From positions 32,001-96,000 of IMG/VR virus record IMGVR_UViG_3300045988_162176: DNA of 64,000 nt. One strand, 5' to 3'. Made by a program: the position numbers and the translations under genes. Shown here one piece after another: positions 38,743-47,697 of this stretch. The DNA is from a virus. The notes under the pieces are model-generated. The model did not search any database. It was not told where the DNA came from and saw nothing but the letters and a program-made list of their open reading frames with translations. How positions within the stretch are numbered: position 1 is the stretch's first letter; the number at the start of each line of letters is the position of its first letter.

Positions 38743-39327
38743 TTAATTCCCCTTAAAGTAATACTCATAATGTTCTCCATCCCAAAGAGGATGTTTAACC
38801 ATCTTGTCAGTATTCCAATCAGAATATTCACCATTTTCGTTCACATCAGCAACATAACAATTATCATCAGGGTCGCAACCATTATCATTGCCAGTGTAAA
38901 TACAACTTTTTGGGTCAAAAAGAAAACGTTTTAACTTGTCATCGTCTTCAAGAATTTCATTAATGAAGGGAACAAGTTCTCCTGCATGGTCTACAGAACC
39001 GCCATTATCCCAAAATTCCCAACCACCATATTTGCTTGTTTCTCTTTTATAGGTTGGAACGAAAATTTTAATCTTAAAATCTTCTTCAAGTTTACGCTTA
39101 AAATCTTTCGCTTGAGCAAACATATCACAGTTAAGCATGGCAGTGTAAAGATAAGAAGCCTTATCTTCTGTGGAAGAGTAGCAACGTGTGTCCCAACCAT
39201 AATCTTCATCTGCATTAAAATTTAGATAAGCTGGAATATGTTTTGGACCATAATTGTCCTTTGAAATAACAAGAGAATGACAAGAACTTGAATTTGTCTC
39301 AAATACGTTCTTACGAATCTGTTTCAT
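38743..39327 (-). CDS. FETNSSS-motif family protein (copy 1 of 4)
   Basis: Start at MKQIRKNVFETNSSSCHSL; later GGSVDH and GNDNG motifs are shared with the paralogs. Confidence 0.7.
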   Translation of the reverse strand: MKQIRKNVFETNSSSCHSLVISKDNYGPKHIPAYLNFNADEDYGWDTRCYSSTEDKASYLYTAMLNCDMFAQAKDFKRKLEEDFKIKIFVPTYKRETSKYGGWEFWDNGGSVDHAGELVPFINEILEDDDKLKRFLFDPKSCIYTGNDNGCDPDDNCYVADVNENGEYSDWNTDKMVKHPLWDGEHYEYYFKGN

Positions 39328-40276
39328 TATTTGTCTCCTCATTCAAATCTCTCAAGAACTGATACATTTCAGTAACAGTCTTATCGCCAACATCATAACG
39401 ATTATTTACATCACAAGAATTTCTTGCAAACTGCATTTCTACTGCGTCAATGTACATAGAAGCACTGGTCTGTTCACCGTCTTGGCCATCATCGCCCATG
39501 TACATAGTATTCCAGTCTTCCTCAGACATAAGACGCTGAGGTTCGAGCTGTTTAATAGCAAGGTTGTCAAAACTAATAACAGAGAACCACTTCTCGTCAA
39601 TCATATGACCAAGATTGTCATAGATTGCTTTCTGTTTATTCGCTACAAGCTTCTTAGCCCAATCTTCCTTAACATATTCCTCACCACGACGAACAGTCTT
39701 ATAACCAAGAATGAGAATCTTAAGGTTACGATTCTTAAGAGCACGAAGAGTATCCATTGTTACAATACCATTAATGACATGGAGAACAAGATTAGGATAC
39801 TTAGAAATAGTCTTAAGGAACTGTGGCTGAAGAGGGTCAACAAGAGAGACCCCAATGCCATAGATGAACTTCTCATTAACAAGCTGTTCAATAAGCTCTT
39901 GATTCTTCATGAATTCAAACTGATGAACAGTAATATTGGGAATGAGTTTGAGTTCCTTGCACTTGCGGAGAAATGGAATCAAATCAGGGTGAGAAGTTAC
40001 TGCGCCACCGCCAACTGCAATTTCAGTGTATTCGTGAAAACTTTTAAGGAGATTTTGGAACTTTTCTCCCATAATATCGCCGCTTTTACCCTCTAAAGTG
40101 GCATTTTCATGACAAAATTTACAACCAATAGGGCAAAATCTGGTAATGCAAATGTCGGCGCTTTCTGGAAAATCAGCCTTGAAAAAGCTCAAATCATTTT
40201 CACGAGTTTTGGTTCCGTTGTCCAGATTCAGCTCCACTGTATAATTTCCGTTCTGATAGGTAACAATATTATCCAT
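39311..40276 (-). CDS. radical SAM domain protein
   Basis: 321 aa; CPIGCKFC (CxxxCxxC) cluster motif followed by a GGG-containing segment (EIAVGGGAVTSHPD). Confidence 0.7.
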   Translation of the reverse strand: MDNIVTYQNGNYTVELNLDNGTKTRENDLSFFKADFPESADICITRFCPIGCKFCHENATLEGKSGDIMGEKFQNLLKSFHEYTEIAVGGGAVTSHPDLIPFLRKCKELKLIPNITVHQFEFMKNQELIEQLVNEKFIYGIGVSLVDPLQPQFLKTISKYPNLVLHVINGIVTMDTLRALKNRNLKILILGYKTVRRGEEYVKEDWAKKLVANKQKAIYDNLGHMIDEKWFSVISFDNLAIKQLEPQRLMSEEDWNTMYMGDDGQDGEQTSASMYIDAVEMQFARNSCDVNNRYDVGDKTVTEMYQFLRDLNEETNNETDS

Positions 40277-40292
40277 TTTATTTTCCCTTTCT

Positions 40293-40466
40293 TTAATGTT
40301 CGATGCGAGGATTATCCTCCATATACTTCTTTACTTTGTCACCATCATAGCGAGAGGGACAAGCATTACAAAGGTAAGAACCATAATATTCACAAGCATG
40401 AACCTCTTCCTGAGACTTGGGAGCAGACTCACAATTCAGGTGGTCATATGCGCAATAAATCTTCAT
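40293..40466 (-). CDS. Cys-rich small protein (below the ORF-track cutoff)
   Basis: Hand translation: MKIYCAYDHLNCESAPKSQEEVHACEYYGSYLCNACPSRYDGDKVKKYMEDNPRIEH, 57 aa. Confidence 0.5.
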   Translation of the reverse strand: MKIYCAYDHLNCESAPKSQEEVHACEYYGSYLCNACPSRYDGDKVKKYMEDNPRIEH

Positions 40467-40468
40467 TT

Positions 40469-40831
40469 TTATTCGTCTCCTTTTTCTCGAACAATGTAAA
40501 TATTATTTCCTTTATCTTCAAGAATTTCATAATTCTTTATAAAATCTAAGGAAACATTTTCTTTTAACTGTACTATATATCTCTCTTCATAAATTGGATG
40601 AAGAGCACTTTGAAACAGTTTGCCAGCAACAAAACCAAGCCCAATAGCACTTAAAGCACAGATAAGAGTTAGTATCCAACCTAGTTTTTGTTTTAAGCAT
40701 TCTCCAAATGTCCAAAGCAGCATTAAAGTAAAAGCTAAAAAAATGAATCCTACAAAAATTAAAGCATCAGAATCAGCAGATACTCTAACCATTTCAGAAG
40801 TTAAAACTTCAACACCATCAATCATCGGCAT
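40469..40831 (-). CDS. single/double-pass membrane protein, tandem family (1 of 4)
   Basis: MPMIDGVEVLTSE..TM..YEERYIVQLKENVSLDFIKNYEILEDKGNNIYIVREK. Confidence 0.75.
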   Translation of the reverse strand: MPMIDGVEVLTSEMVRVSADSDALIFVGFIFLAFTLMLLWTFGECLKQKLGWILTLICALSAIGLGFVAGKLFQSALHPIYEERYIVQLKENVSLDFIKNYEILEDKGNNIYIVREKGDE

Positions 40832-41174
40832 CCCTCTCTTTAATTACATAGACATTATTGCCTTTTCGTTCAACAATATCATATTTATCAATAAAGTCAG
40901 AAGAAATTTTATCATCTAATTGAACAAGATATCTGTCTTCATATTTTGGATTAAAAACGCCATCGAAACCAATATAGGAAATAACACCTAAAAGTATTAT
41001 CAGTCCAAGACCACATACAAATGTTGGTATTTCTCCATCTTTAACACAAGAGACAAGCATAACAATTAAAACAATACAACCTATTACTCCAACAATAGCA
41101 AGAATTAAACTACTTAAAAAACCACAAGAGATACAAATAGTTTCAGTAGTAATTAGATTAACACCATCAATCAT
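40818..41174 (-). CDS. membrane protein, tandem family (2 of 4)
   Basis: MIDGVNLITTE..TM..YEDRYLVQLDDKISSDFIDKYDIVERKGNNVYVIKER. Confidence 0.75.
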   Translation of the reverse strand: MIDGVNLITTETICISCGFLSSLILAIVGVIGCIVLIVMLVSCVKDGEIPTFVCGLGLIILLGVISYIGFDGVFNPKYEDRYLVQLDDKISSDFIDKYDIVERKGNNVYVIKERDADD

Positions 41175-41553
41175 CTTTGTCAGCCCTTTCTTTTAATGTG
41201 TAGATTTTTCCTTCTCTGGAAATAATATAGTCTTCTTCAAGTTTTTCATAATCAGTTAAAGAAAAATGGTCGGGGTCAGTAAATCTAACTTCATAAGAAA
41301 TAATTTCAACTGGATGTTTCATTGCATACAAATTAAATCCTGTAACCACACAGAAAAGAATTGTTGCTGCAACAATAAAACAAAATCCATCCATTGACCC
41401 ACATCCTTTAAACCAATCTACAATATATGCGCATATGCAAATAATTCCAATAAGCACAATAGCAATAGAAATAGCAAGAACAAACGGGTCTCCGTCTTTC
41501 GTAGTTACAACTGTATTAAGAATTTCAATAGCAGGGTTATTTTCAATCGACAT
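41167..41553 (-). CDS. membrane protein, tandem family (3 of 4)
   Basis: 128 aa; TM segments, then ...YEVRFTDPDHFSLTDYEKLEEDYIISREGKIYTLKER. Confidence 0.7.
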   Translation of the reverse strand: MSIENNPAIEILNTVVTTKDGDPFVLAISIAIVLIGIICICAYIVDWFKGCGSMDGFCFIVAATILFCVVTGFNLYAMKHPVEIISYEVRFTDPDHFSLTDYEKLEEDYIISREGKIYTLKERADKDD

Positions 41554-41947
41554 TTTCTTTCTCCCTAATTACATAAGTGTTATCTTTTTCATTGTGTCCA
41601 AGAATTTCATATTTCTTAGTAAACTCATTGTAACTAACTTCATCAGAAATCGTTACAGTATATTTTGTGGTATAAACTGGATTGAAAAAACAATCGTTAA
41701 TACCTTTGCTTACAAGAACAGAAGAAAAGAAAAGACAAAGTCCTAAAATAATAATACTTAAGCTGTTAAAAACAATTTTAAAGAGCTTGTGCGGAACAAG
41801 TTTCGTCATGTTAAAACCAGCTTTTAGAATTTGGATTGATAAAAACATCAAAACACAAGCAATCGCACAAATAAAAATAAAAAGAGGAACATCTACATTT
41901 TTAATTACTTCTGTACTAATAATATTAATTCCTTCGAGCATAATCAC
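41543..41947 (-). CDS. membrane protein, tandem family (4 of 4)
   Basis: MLEGINIISTE..TM..YTTKYTVTISDEVSYNEFTKKYEILGHNEKDNTYVIREK. Confidence 0.7.
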   Translation of the reverse strand: MIMLEGINIISTEVIKNVDVPLFIFICAIACVLMFLSIQILKAGFNMTKLVPHKLFKIVFNSLSIIILGLCLFFSSVLVSKGINDCFFNPVYTTKYTVTISDEVSYNEFTKKYEILGHNEKDNTYVIREKENVD

Positions 41948-42045
41948 TTCTCCTTTCGAGTAATTAAATTATACCCTATAAAAACAAATAAGTCAAGGAG
42001 TTAATAAAAATTATTCTCCTTGACTTATTAAAATATTTTTAATTA

Positions 42046-42489
42046 TTAGTTATAACCATAAGCACAAGTAATAACAAGCTTGTCACCACTTGGAGATGTA
42101 TAATGAGAAATTTCTGTATGAAGTCCATCACTACTACAATCCTGCATAAACTCTTGATAAGTTAAACCAGACCCTTCATAGTCGAAAAGAGAATTCTTTT
42201 CTTGTCTGCGTTGCTGTGCAATATGATTGTAAGTGTATTCTTCTCTTTCTGCGTCTGTAAGTTCAGACCAGTCTTTGTAATATTTGCCTTTACCGATGTT
42301 ATAAGCTTCTTCTGCTTCTTTTCTATCTTGCTTGGTAATTTTAATGGTATTCTTAACAAAAGTTTCATGCCATTTATTAAAAAGCAATTTACCATCTTTC
42401 CAGTCTTTGTACTCATCTTCAGTACAAATGGCAAGTGTATGAGTAGAAGAAGAATTTGTTTCAAATACATTTTTACGAATTTGCTTCAT
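42046..42489 (-). CDS. FETNSSS-motif family protein (copy 2, short)
   Basis: MKQIRKNVFETNSSSTHTL... Confidence 0.7.
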   Translation of the reverse strand: MKQIRKNVFETNSSSTHTLAICTEDEYKDWKDGKLLFNKWHETFVKNTIKITKQDRKEAEEAYNIGKGKYYKDWSELTDAEREEYTYNHIAQQRRQEKNSLFDYEGSGLTYQEFMQDCSSDGLHTEISHYTSPSGDKLVITCAYGYN

Positions 42490-42922
42490 TTAATTTTACC
42501 TCTTCTAAAATTTTAGATTCTACCAGTTTGTTCATTTTATTTTCATATTTCTTAATAATCATATCAAGAAAAGAAAAACTGTGTCCACTATCTTGAGCTC
42601 TGAAAAAAGCATTATATGGCTGACCAAAATCATCATCAATAACTTCAAGATTATCAAAATCATTCCAAGATTTAAGGTCATCAAGGTCAATTGCTACATC
42701 AAAGCTAAATTCATACGAAATTCTTTCTATTTTGGAGTTGAAAAGACAAAAATGATAAGTCATCCAATAATGGTCAGACTTTTTAGATTCTCTCCAAAAC
42801 CCCTCTTTAAACCCTGCATCAGTAAGAAGAATAATTTGTTCTGCTGTAGTTAAAGAAAGAAAATAGTCAGATAATTCATAACGCTTCATTTTGCGTTTAG
42901 TCTTCATGTTTGGAGTCTGCAT
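42473..42922 (-). CDS. hypothetical protein (start uncertain)
   Basis: 149-aa ORF overlapping the end of 42897..43529; internal Met codons are possible starts. Confidence 0.6.
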   Translation of the reverse strand: MQTPNMKTKRKMKRYELSDYFLSLTTAEQIILLTDAGFKEGFWRESKKSDHYWMTYHFCLFNSKIERISYEFSFDVAIDLDDLKSWNDFDNLEVIDDDFGQPYNAFFRAQDSGHSFSFLDMIIKKYENKMNKLVESKILEEVKLNEANS

Positions 42923-43529
42923 CTTCTTTCTCCTTTTCCAATTGAGCTAAATATTGCTTGTGCCATTCTTCTTCCTCTTCAGCATAACTATCATGGATGA
43001 TTTTGGAAGTGTCTACCAAACCAGAATCCTTAATATGAGGCCAGCAATTGTACTCATCGCCATCCACAACTACAATATATCTCTTATTAGTTAAAAATTC
43101 CTCAAGAGATACATTATACTTCTTAAGCCACCCCTCAATCTGATAATCGTCAGTGCCGCCATAGGTTGGAACAGGCACATTTGCTACTACATAATCTTTA
43201 ACTTCTGAATCCCAAACATAATCTTTGGTATCGAATTCAAAATCTGTAAATCCATCAATATACTTTTTACAAATTTCTCTGCATTCATCTACAAGATTAC
43301 CATTAGACGATGCAATAGCATATCTCAGCTTATCCTTAAAAGTTACAAGCATATCAAAAGGAGAACGATAAAATTCAAGAGAAGATTCCCACAATCTTAC
43401 GATACCATCAGTCATATAAAAATTTTTATTAATTTCTTCTCTAGTATAATGCTCATTATCAGTAGTAATTACCAAAGAATGACTTGAGCTACTATTAGTT
43501 TCAAAAACATTACATCTAATCTGTTTCAT
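42897..43529 (-). CDS. FETNSSS-motif family protein (copy 3)
   Basis: MKQIRCNVFETNSSSSHSL... Confidence 0.7.
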   Translation of the reverse strand: MKQIRCNVFETNSSSSHSLVITTDNEHYTREEINKNFYMTDGIVRLWESSLEFYRSPFDMLVTFKDKLRYAIASSNGNLVDECREICKKYIDGFTDFEFDTKDYVWDSEVKDYVVANVPVPTYGGTDDYQIEGWLKKYNVSLEEFLTNKRYIVVVDGDEYNCWPHIKDSGLVDTSKIIHDSYAEEEEEWHKQYLAQLEKEKEDADSKHED

Positions 43530-43538
43530 ATTATCTCC

Positions 43539-44333
43539 TTAAAATCCAGTCTGAGCACTCTTGAAATTCAAAGTCTTGCTAACCCCCTCAACTTCTGCAA
43601 CAATATCATCATATTCTTTGCCATCATAGGTGTATTTACCATTATTCTTTTTATTGACACGAACATGTCCATCAAAGTTTTTAATAATAGTAGCACAATG
43701 CTTGGGAAGGTTAAGATTGGGGTTATATTCCAAAACTTCATCCATAAGGAAGACACCAACCTGACCAGAATCAGCACAGAACTCTCCCATCTTTTCCTTG
43801 GTCAAGCTGTTGCGGACAGTGCATGACCAATCACCGTAAATAGTGTCGCAGACGATAAAAGTATTAAGACCAAGCTTTTCCATGGCTTCTCCACAGCAGC
43901 ACTTTCCCCAATCATCTTCCTGCTCAGTTTCCCACTTTGTTACAGCTTTGTTGTAAGCTTCATTTTCAGTTTCGTAAGTGGGAGAAAGAGGAATCACGCG
44001 AATATTAGGGTCTTTTGTTCTTGTCCCTCTAATCCACGTTTCATAAGCATCAACAAGTTTCGCTTCTCTCTCAGGAGTACGATGGCTTTCAGGAAGGTCG
44101 TAGATACGAAGAGGTTTCTTCATTTCAATATAAATAACATCTTCGTACATATCAGGAGTAGGATAACCTTTATGTCCATCCCCAATAATCTTATGTTTGG
44201 AATAATAATCTTCCATCTTAGGATAAGTATTGTAATTCATCTTACGGTCTTCGCGGATAATATAACAAGGGTCAGTAATGAGAATATCACCAACAAAACG
44301 AACAAAACGATTATACTGATTGCAAAAGTTCAT
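43539..44333 (-). CDS. hypothetical protein (possibly DUF4241-like)
   Basis: Start at MNFCNQYNRF (RBS AAGGAGAGG) because promoter 44365-44393 lies in the longer ORF; GDILITDPCYI and YGDWSC motifs. Confidence 0.6.
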   Translation of the reverse strand: MNFCNQYNRFVRFVGDILITDPCYIIREDRKMNYNTYPKMEDYYSKHKIIGDGHKGYPTPDMYEDVIYIEMKKPLRIYDLPESHRTPEREAKLVDAYETWIRGTRTKDPNIRVIPLSPTYETENEAYNKAVTKWETEQEDDWGKCCCGEAMEKLGLNTFIVCDTIYGDWSCTVRNSLTKEKMGEFCADSGQVGVFLMDEVLEYNPNLNLPKHCATIIKNFDGHVRVNKKNNGKYTYDGKEYDDIVAEVEGVSKTLNFKSAQTGF

Positions 44334-44364
44334 AAAAACACCTCTCCTTATTTTTTCTACTAAA

Positions 44365-44393
44365 AGAATATCATAAGGAGAGGTAAATGTCAA
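44365..44393 (-). promoter_or_regulatory. sigma-70-type promoter
   Basis: TTGACA-17-TATTCT. Confidence 0.55.
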
Positions 44394-44429
44394 GTGCTTA
44401 TTAAATTATTTCTTGTCGATTTTATTGTC

Positions 44430-44636
44430 TTAAAGAAGAGGAGAAACCTCATCAATAATTTCAAACTGGCTCAAATCATTAGCGTCAAACTTCTTGTCCT
44501 GCTCACAATACATAATGCCCACAAGACCAAGAGCACCAAACTGATTAGGAAGAGGCATAATCTGATATACACGATAAATCTTTCCATCAATTGAGTTCTT
44601 CTTCTTGCACTTAAACATACAACTATTATTAGCCAT
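44430..44636 (-). CDS. hypothetical small protein
   Basis: 68-aa ORF, RBS AAGGAG. Confidence 0.65.
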   Translation of the reverse strand: MANNSCMFKCKKKNSIDGKIYRVYQIMPLPNQFGALGLVGIMYCEQDKKFDANDLSQFEIIDEVSPLL

Positions 44637-44777
44637 TTTAATTACTCCTTAATTGTTTTTTCACCCTGTTTTTGCAACTTTTTTATTAAAAAACAAGGGA
44701 AATTATTAATTTTTTAATAAAAATTGATACGATAAAATTTCACTTTTATTCTATCTTGTTTTATTTTGTTTTAATAA

Positions 44778-45326
44778 TTAGTGATTGTCATTGTCGATAA
44801 ACAAACTATAACACTTATTAAAAATATAATCTTCTAATGTAATTCCATCTCTTGCAAAAATATAATACATTCCATCAGAAACATAATAATCAAGACTTTG
44901 ATGGTCTACATAACCATCTTCATCAGGACTAATTTCAATTCCTATAATGTGAATATCATGCTTAGAAAGAGCGTGCTTTACATCATCTTCAAATTTTTGG
45001 AAATCATCAGATTCCATAACTTCTTTAATAGCTTCTTCTTTATCTTCTCTACTGCTCCAATTAATATTATAACCTTGGAAACAAGTTATAGCAGTTAAGA
45101 TATATTCAAGTTTAGCTATTGCGCTATTTTCATCTAAATCAGAGTCCCAACCCCATCCAAAGGTTTCAAAATTTAATTTTAAATATTTACCGTAACCATT
45201 GTGACCATAATCCTCTTCAATGTAATCATCTAACTGAGTATAATCATAATTATCTTTACTACTAATACTCAATGAATGAACACTTGAAGAATTAGTCTCA
45301 AAAACATTTTTTCTAATTTGTTTCAT
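44778..45326 (-). CDS. FETNSSS-motif family protein (copy 4)
   Basis: MKQIRKNVFETNSSSVHSL...DGYVDHQS...IDNDNH. Confidence 0.7.
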   Translation of the reverse strand: MKQIRKNVFETNSSSVHSLSISSKDNYDYTQLDDYIEEDYGHNGYGKYLKLNFETFGWGWDSDLDENSAIAKLEYILTAITCFQGYNINWSSREDKEEAIKEVMESDDFQKFEDDVKHALSKHDIHIIGIEISPDEDGYVDHQSLDYYVSDGMYYIFARDGITLEDYIFNKCYSLFIDNDNH

Positions 45327-45327
45327 A

Positions 45328-45543
45328 TTAATACCTTACCCGACGTAATTGGTCAAAAATTTCAATCCGCTTGTCAAAACCTAAAGACCATAACACATCT
45401 TCCATTAAACTATCCATTGCTCTATGTCCCCAGCCATTTAAAAGAGTCGCATCACCTTGACATAAATTTACAATCTCTTGCGCTCTTTCTGCAAATTCTT
45501 CTGGCGTAAAAGGAACAACAGTTTTACTTTCCAATACTTCCAA
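45328..45543 (-). CDS. hypothetical small protein (TTG start)
   Basis: 71-aa ORF; GGAGA about 10 nt upstream of the TTG. Confidence 0.5.
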   Translation of the reverse strand: MEVLESKTVVPFTPEEFAERAQEIVNLCQGDATLLNGWGHRAMDSLMEDVLWSLGFDKRIEIFDQLRRVRY

Positions 45544-45572
45544 ACATCAAAGTCTCCAATCTTGGCTAACTT

Positions 45573-45818
45573 TTAGCCAGCATCATAAATCCTCGAAGGG
45601 ATTATGCCACTATCCTTCTCAGGAACATAGCCGTCATCTCTATTAAATTGTACATCAGGTTCAAATAGAGGTCTAAAATCTCCATCACCATCACTATAGA
45701 AACCAATTAAAGTAGAATGTCCAATCTTTCCACAGGCTTCCATATAACGTAACATAGAAAGAAAAGAATCAATCCATCTTTCTTCCATGGTACACTTAAT
45801 ATTAAAAGTTTTTTTCAT
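45573..45818 (-). CDS. hypothetical small protein
   Basis: Start at MKKTFNIKC (RBS AAGGAG) downstream of promoter 45851-45879. Confidence 0.65.
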   Translation of the reverse strand: MKKTFNIKCTMEERWIDSFLSMLRYMEACGKIGHSTLIGFYSDGDGDFRPLFEPDVQFNRDDGYVPEKDSGIIPSRIYDAG

Positions 45819-45850
45819 TTTTAAAACTCCTTGAACATTTTTATAAATAA

Positions 45851-45879
45851 AGTATAGCATAAAGAAACAAAGTTGTCAA
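45851..45879 (-). promoter_or_regulatory. sigma-70-type promoter embedded in a terminator hairpin
   Basis: TTGACA-17-TATACT. Confidence 0.6.
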
Positions 45880-45909
45880 GAAGTTCTAAAAACTTTTTCT
45901 TGACAACTT
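45861..45909 (-). terminator. intrinsic terminator
   Basis: 13-bp hairpin AAGTTGTCAAGAA/TTCTTGACAACTT followed by a T-rich tract. Confidence 0.55.
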
Positions 45910-45930
45910 TGCAGCAACTTGTTAATTTAA

Positions 45931-46308
45931 TTATAAATCATGCTTCTTATAATATTTTCTTGGAAGTCTATGCGTAGGTTCAGACCTTCCACCTTTTAAC
46001 AAAGAATGAAATTCTCTCTTCTTGTATTCAGGTGTAAGATACTGGTCAATCCAAGAAAATTCAGGATGGTCTTTTTTATATTTAAGTCTATCATTCCAAA
46101 TCCTCTGAAATCTCTTTTGACAAAAAGCATACCATTCAGAATGACTAAGACCGCTGTAATCAACCACAGTAACAGAAAGTCGAGGAGCTTTATCTAAATA
46201 CTGCATAAGTTCTGTTACAGTATTAAAAGTTTTCTTGAAAGAATACTCTTGAGAAACATTGCTATTGTGTTTTTCTTTGTTATGACGAAGAAACTTAACT
46301 TCAAACAT
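45931..46308 (-). CDS. hypothetical protein
   Basis: Start at MFEVKFLRH (RBS GGGAGAAAG), overlapping the upstream stop. Confidence 0.65.
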   Translation of the reverse strand: MFEVKFLRHNKEKHNSNVSQEYSFKKTFNTVTELMQYLDKAPRLSVTVVDYSGLSHSEWYAFCQKRFQRIWNDRLKYKKDHPEFSWIDQYLTPEYKKREFHSLLKGGRSEPTHRLPRKYYKKHDL

Positions 46309-46663
46309 TTTCTTTCTCCCTAAACATATTCTCAAAATTGAACCCGTGTTTTGTATAAATTAAACCATCTTTTCCAATTACAAAATAATCTCCAAGCTCA
46401 ACAAATTCGCTATATTCATCATGAGAATTATCTTCTGGTCTATAAGCAACAAAAGCCTGTCTACCTTCATTGTCAATGTTCTTTTCAAACCAAGTCTTAT
46501 TAAGTTTCTTGAAACTTTCAAGTGCTTTTTCAGAATATTTAACGATATTCTTAATTTCAGTATTATGAGCTTCAAAGAATTCCACAACTTCTTCCCAATT
46601 GTCTTTTTCCCACTTCAAAGCTTCTACTTCATAAGGAATAATTTCGTAAATTTTAGTAGACAT
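46301..46663 (-). CDS. hypothetical protein
   Basis: 120-aa ORF preceded by an about 280-nt structured leader. Confidence 0.7.
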   Translation of the reverse strand: MSTKIYEIIPYEVEALKWEKDNWEEVVEFFEAHNTEIKNIVKYSEKALESFKKLNKTWFEKNIDNEGRQAFVAYRPEDNSHDEYSEFVELGDYFVIGKDGLIYTKHGFNFENMFREKENV

Positions 46664-46945
46664 TGTACTCCCCTTTCTTTTATCTGCTCTAAAATTTCCT
46701 ACACAATAAACGCTAACACGAATGTTGCCTTATCCATTTACCTTCTTACATAAGATATAGAAGTTCCATACACCACCATCGGAAATCTTTTAGAGGATTG
46801 CTCCCGCTACCTTTAAGCAAGTTTAGTTCGTCGTAGCAATCTGCGTTGGTGAAACGCCTTACAACCAAATCAATTATTGAATGCTTGCTACATCTTGTCT
46901 CAAGCCTTTTCTAGTTCGCTAAAGTGTTACCTTTAGCTTGATTAT
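46664..46945 (-). ncRNA. long structured 5' leader / candidate cis-regulatory RNA (N1)
   Basis: Promoter 46946-46974 lies about 280 nt upstream of the ATG at 46663; nested helices (GTAGCAA..TTGCTAC, TTGGT..ACCAA); shares AAAGGTAGCG[AG]G with N2. Confidence 0.45.
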
Positions 46946-46974
46946 ATAATAGCACTTAACTTTCATTTTGTCAA
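46946..46974 (-). promoter_or_regulatory. promoter of leader N1
   Basis: TTGACA-17-TATTAT. Confidence 0.65.
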
Positions 46975-47003
46975 GTACTTATTACATACTTTTCAAAAAT
47001 TTT

Positions 47004-47366
47004 TTAAAGTCGTTGATGCGTAATTGGGTCAAACCCTTCTTGTTCAGAAATATTTAAATATTTATCATATTTTTCTGCATCTAAAGGAGTGCATTGCATA
47101 AGATAATTAATACTTTTCTCCATGCTTTCAATCTTCTTTTCCATACTTTCAATCTTTTCTTTATTGAATTGAATATGTTTAATCTCCCATTTAACACCCA
47201 AAGTATAACAATATCCAATATAAACAGAAAAGGCTATTATTAAAACAATATACCATAATATACTTGTCGTATGACAAGTAGTTAAATAATGTGCTCCAAT
47301 AAAAAAGTAAAAAGCATTAAGAATTAATCCTAAAATACCATGTAACTTTTTATTATTATTTTCCAT
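47004..47366 (-). CDS. membrane protein
   Basis: 120 aa; two TM helices, repeated KIESMEK. Confidence 0.7.
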   Translation of the reverse strand: MENNNKKLHGILGLILNAFYFFIGAHYLTTCHTTSILWYIVLIIAFSVYIGYCYTLGVKWEIKHIQFNKEKIESMEKKIESMEKSINYLMQCTPLDAEKYDKYLNISEQEGFDPITHQRL

Positions 47367-47374
47367 CTCTCGTA

Positions 47375-47656
47375 TTACAACACCCCTCTAATCTTTAGCC
47401 AATTATTAATAAACACCATCAAATTGTTTTTTGCAGATGCTAAAGAATCATTCCAATTCCACCTTGGGGGCGAAATAGAATTGTAATATTTTTTATAAAC
47501 CATTGCTTTAATTGATAGATGTAATTCTTTTTCTTCTTGGGCTATAGAAATTTCTTCATTTGGAATTAAAGTAAACACAAGTCCTAAATGACTGTATGTT
47601 GTAATGTCTTGGAGACTGCAAAGCAATTCTTTTTGCCATTTCTCCCATGAATTCAT
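47375..47656 (-). CDS. hypothetical small protein
   Basis: 93-aa ORF. Confidence 0.7.
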   Translation of the reverse strand: MNSWEKWQKELLCSLQDITTYSHLGLVFTLIPNEEISIAQEEKELHLSIKAMVYKKYYNSISPPRWNWNDSLASAKNNLMVFINNWLKIRGVL

Positions 47657-47697
47657 TTAATGTAGTCTCCTTTTTATTTATTTTAAAATATTTTAAA

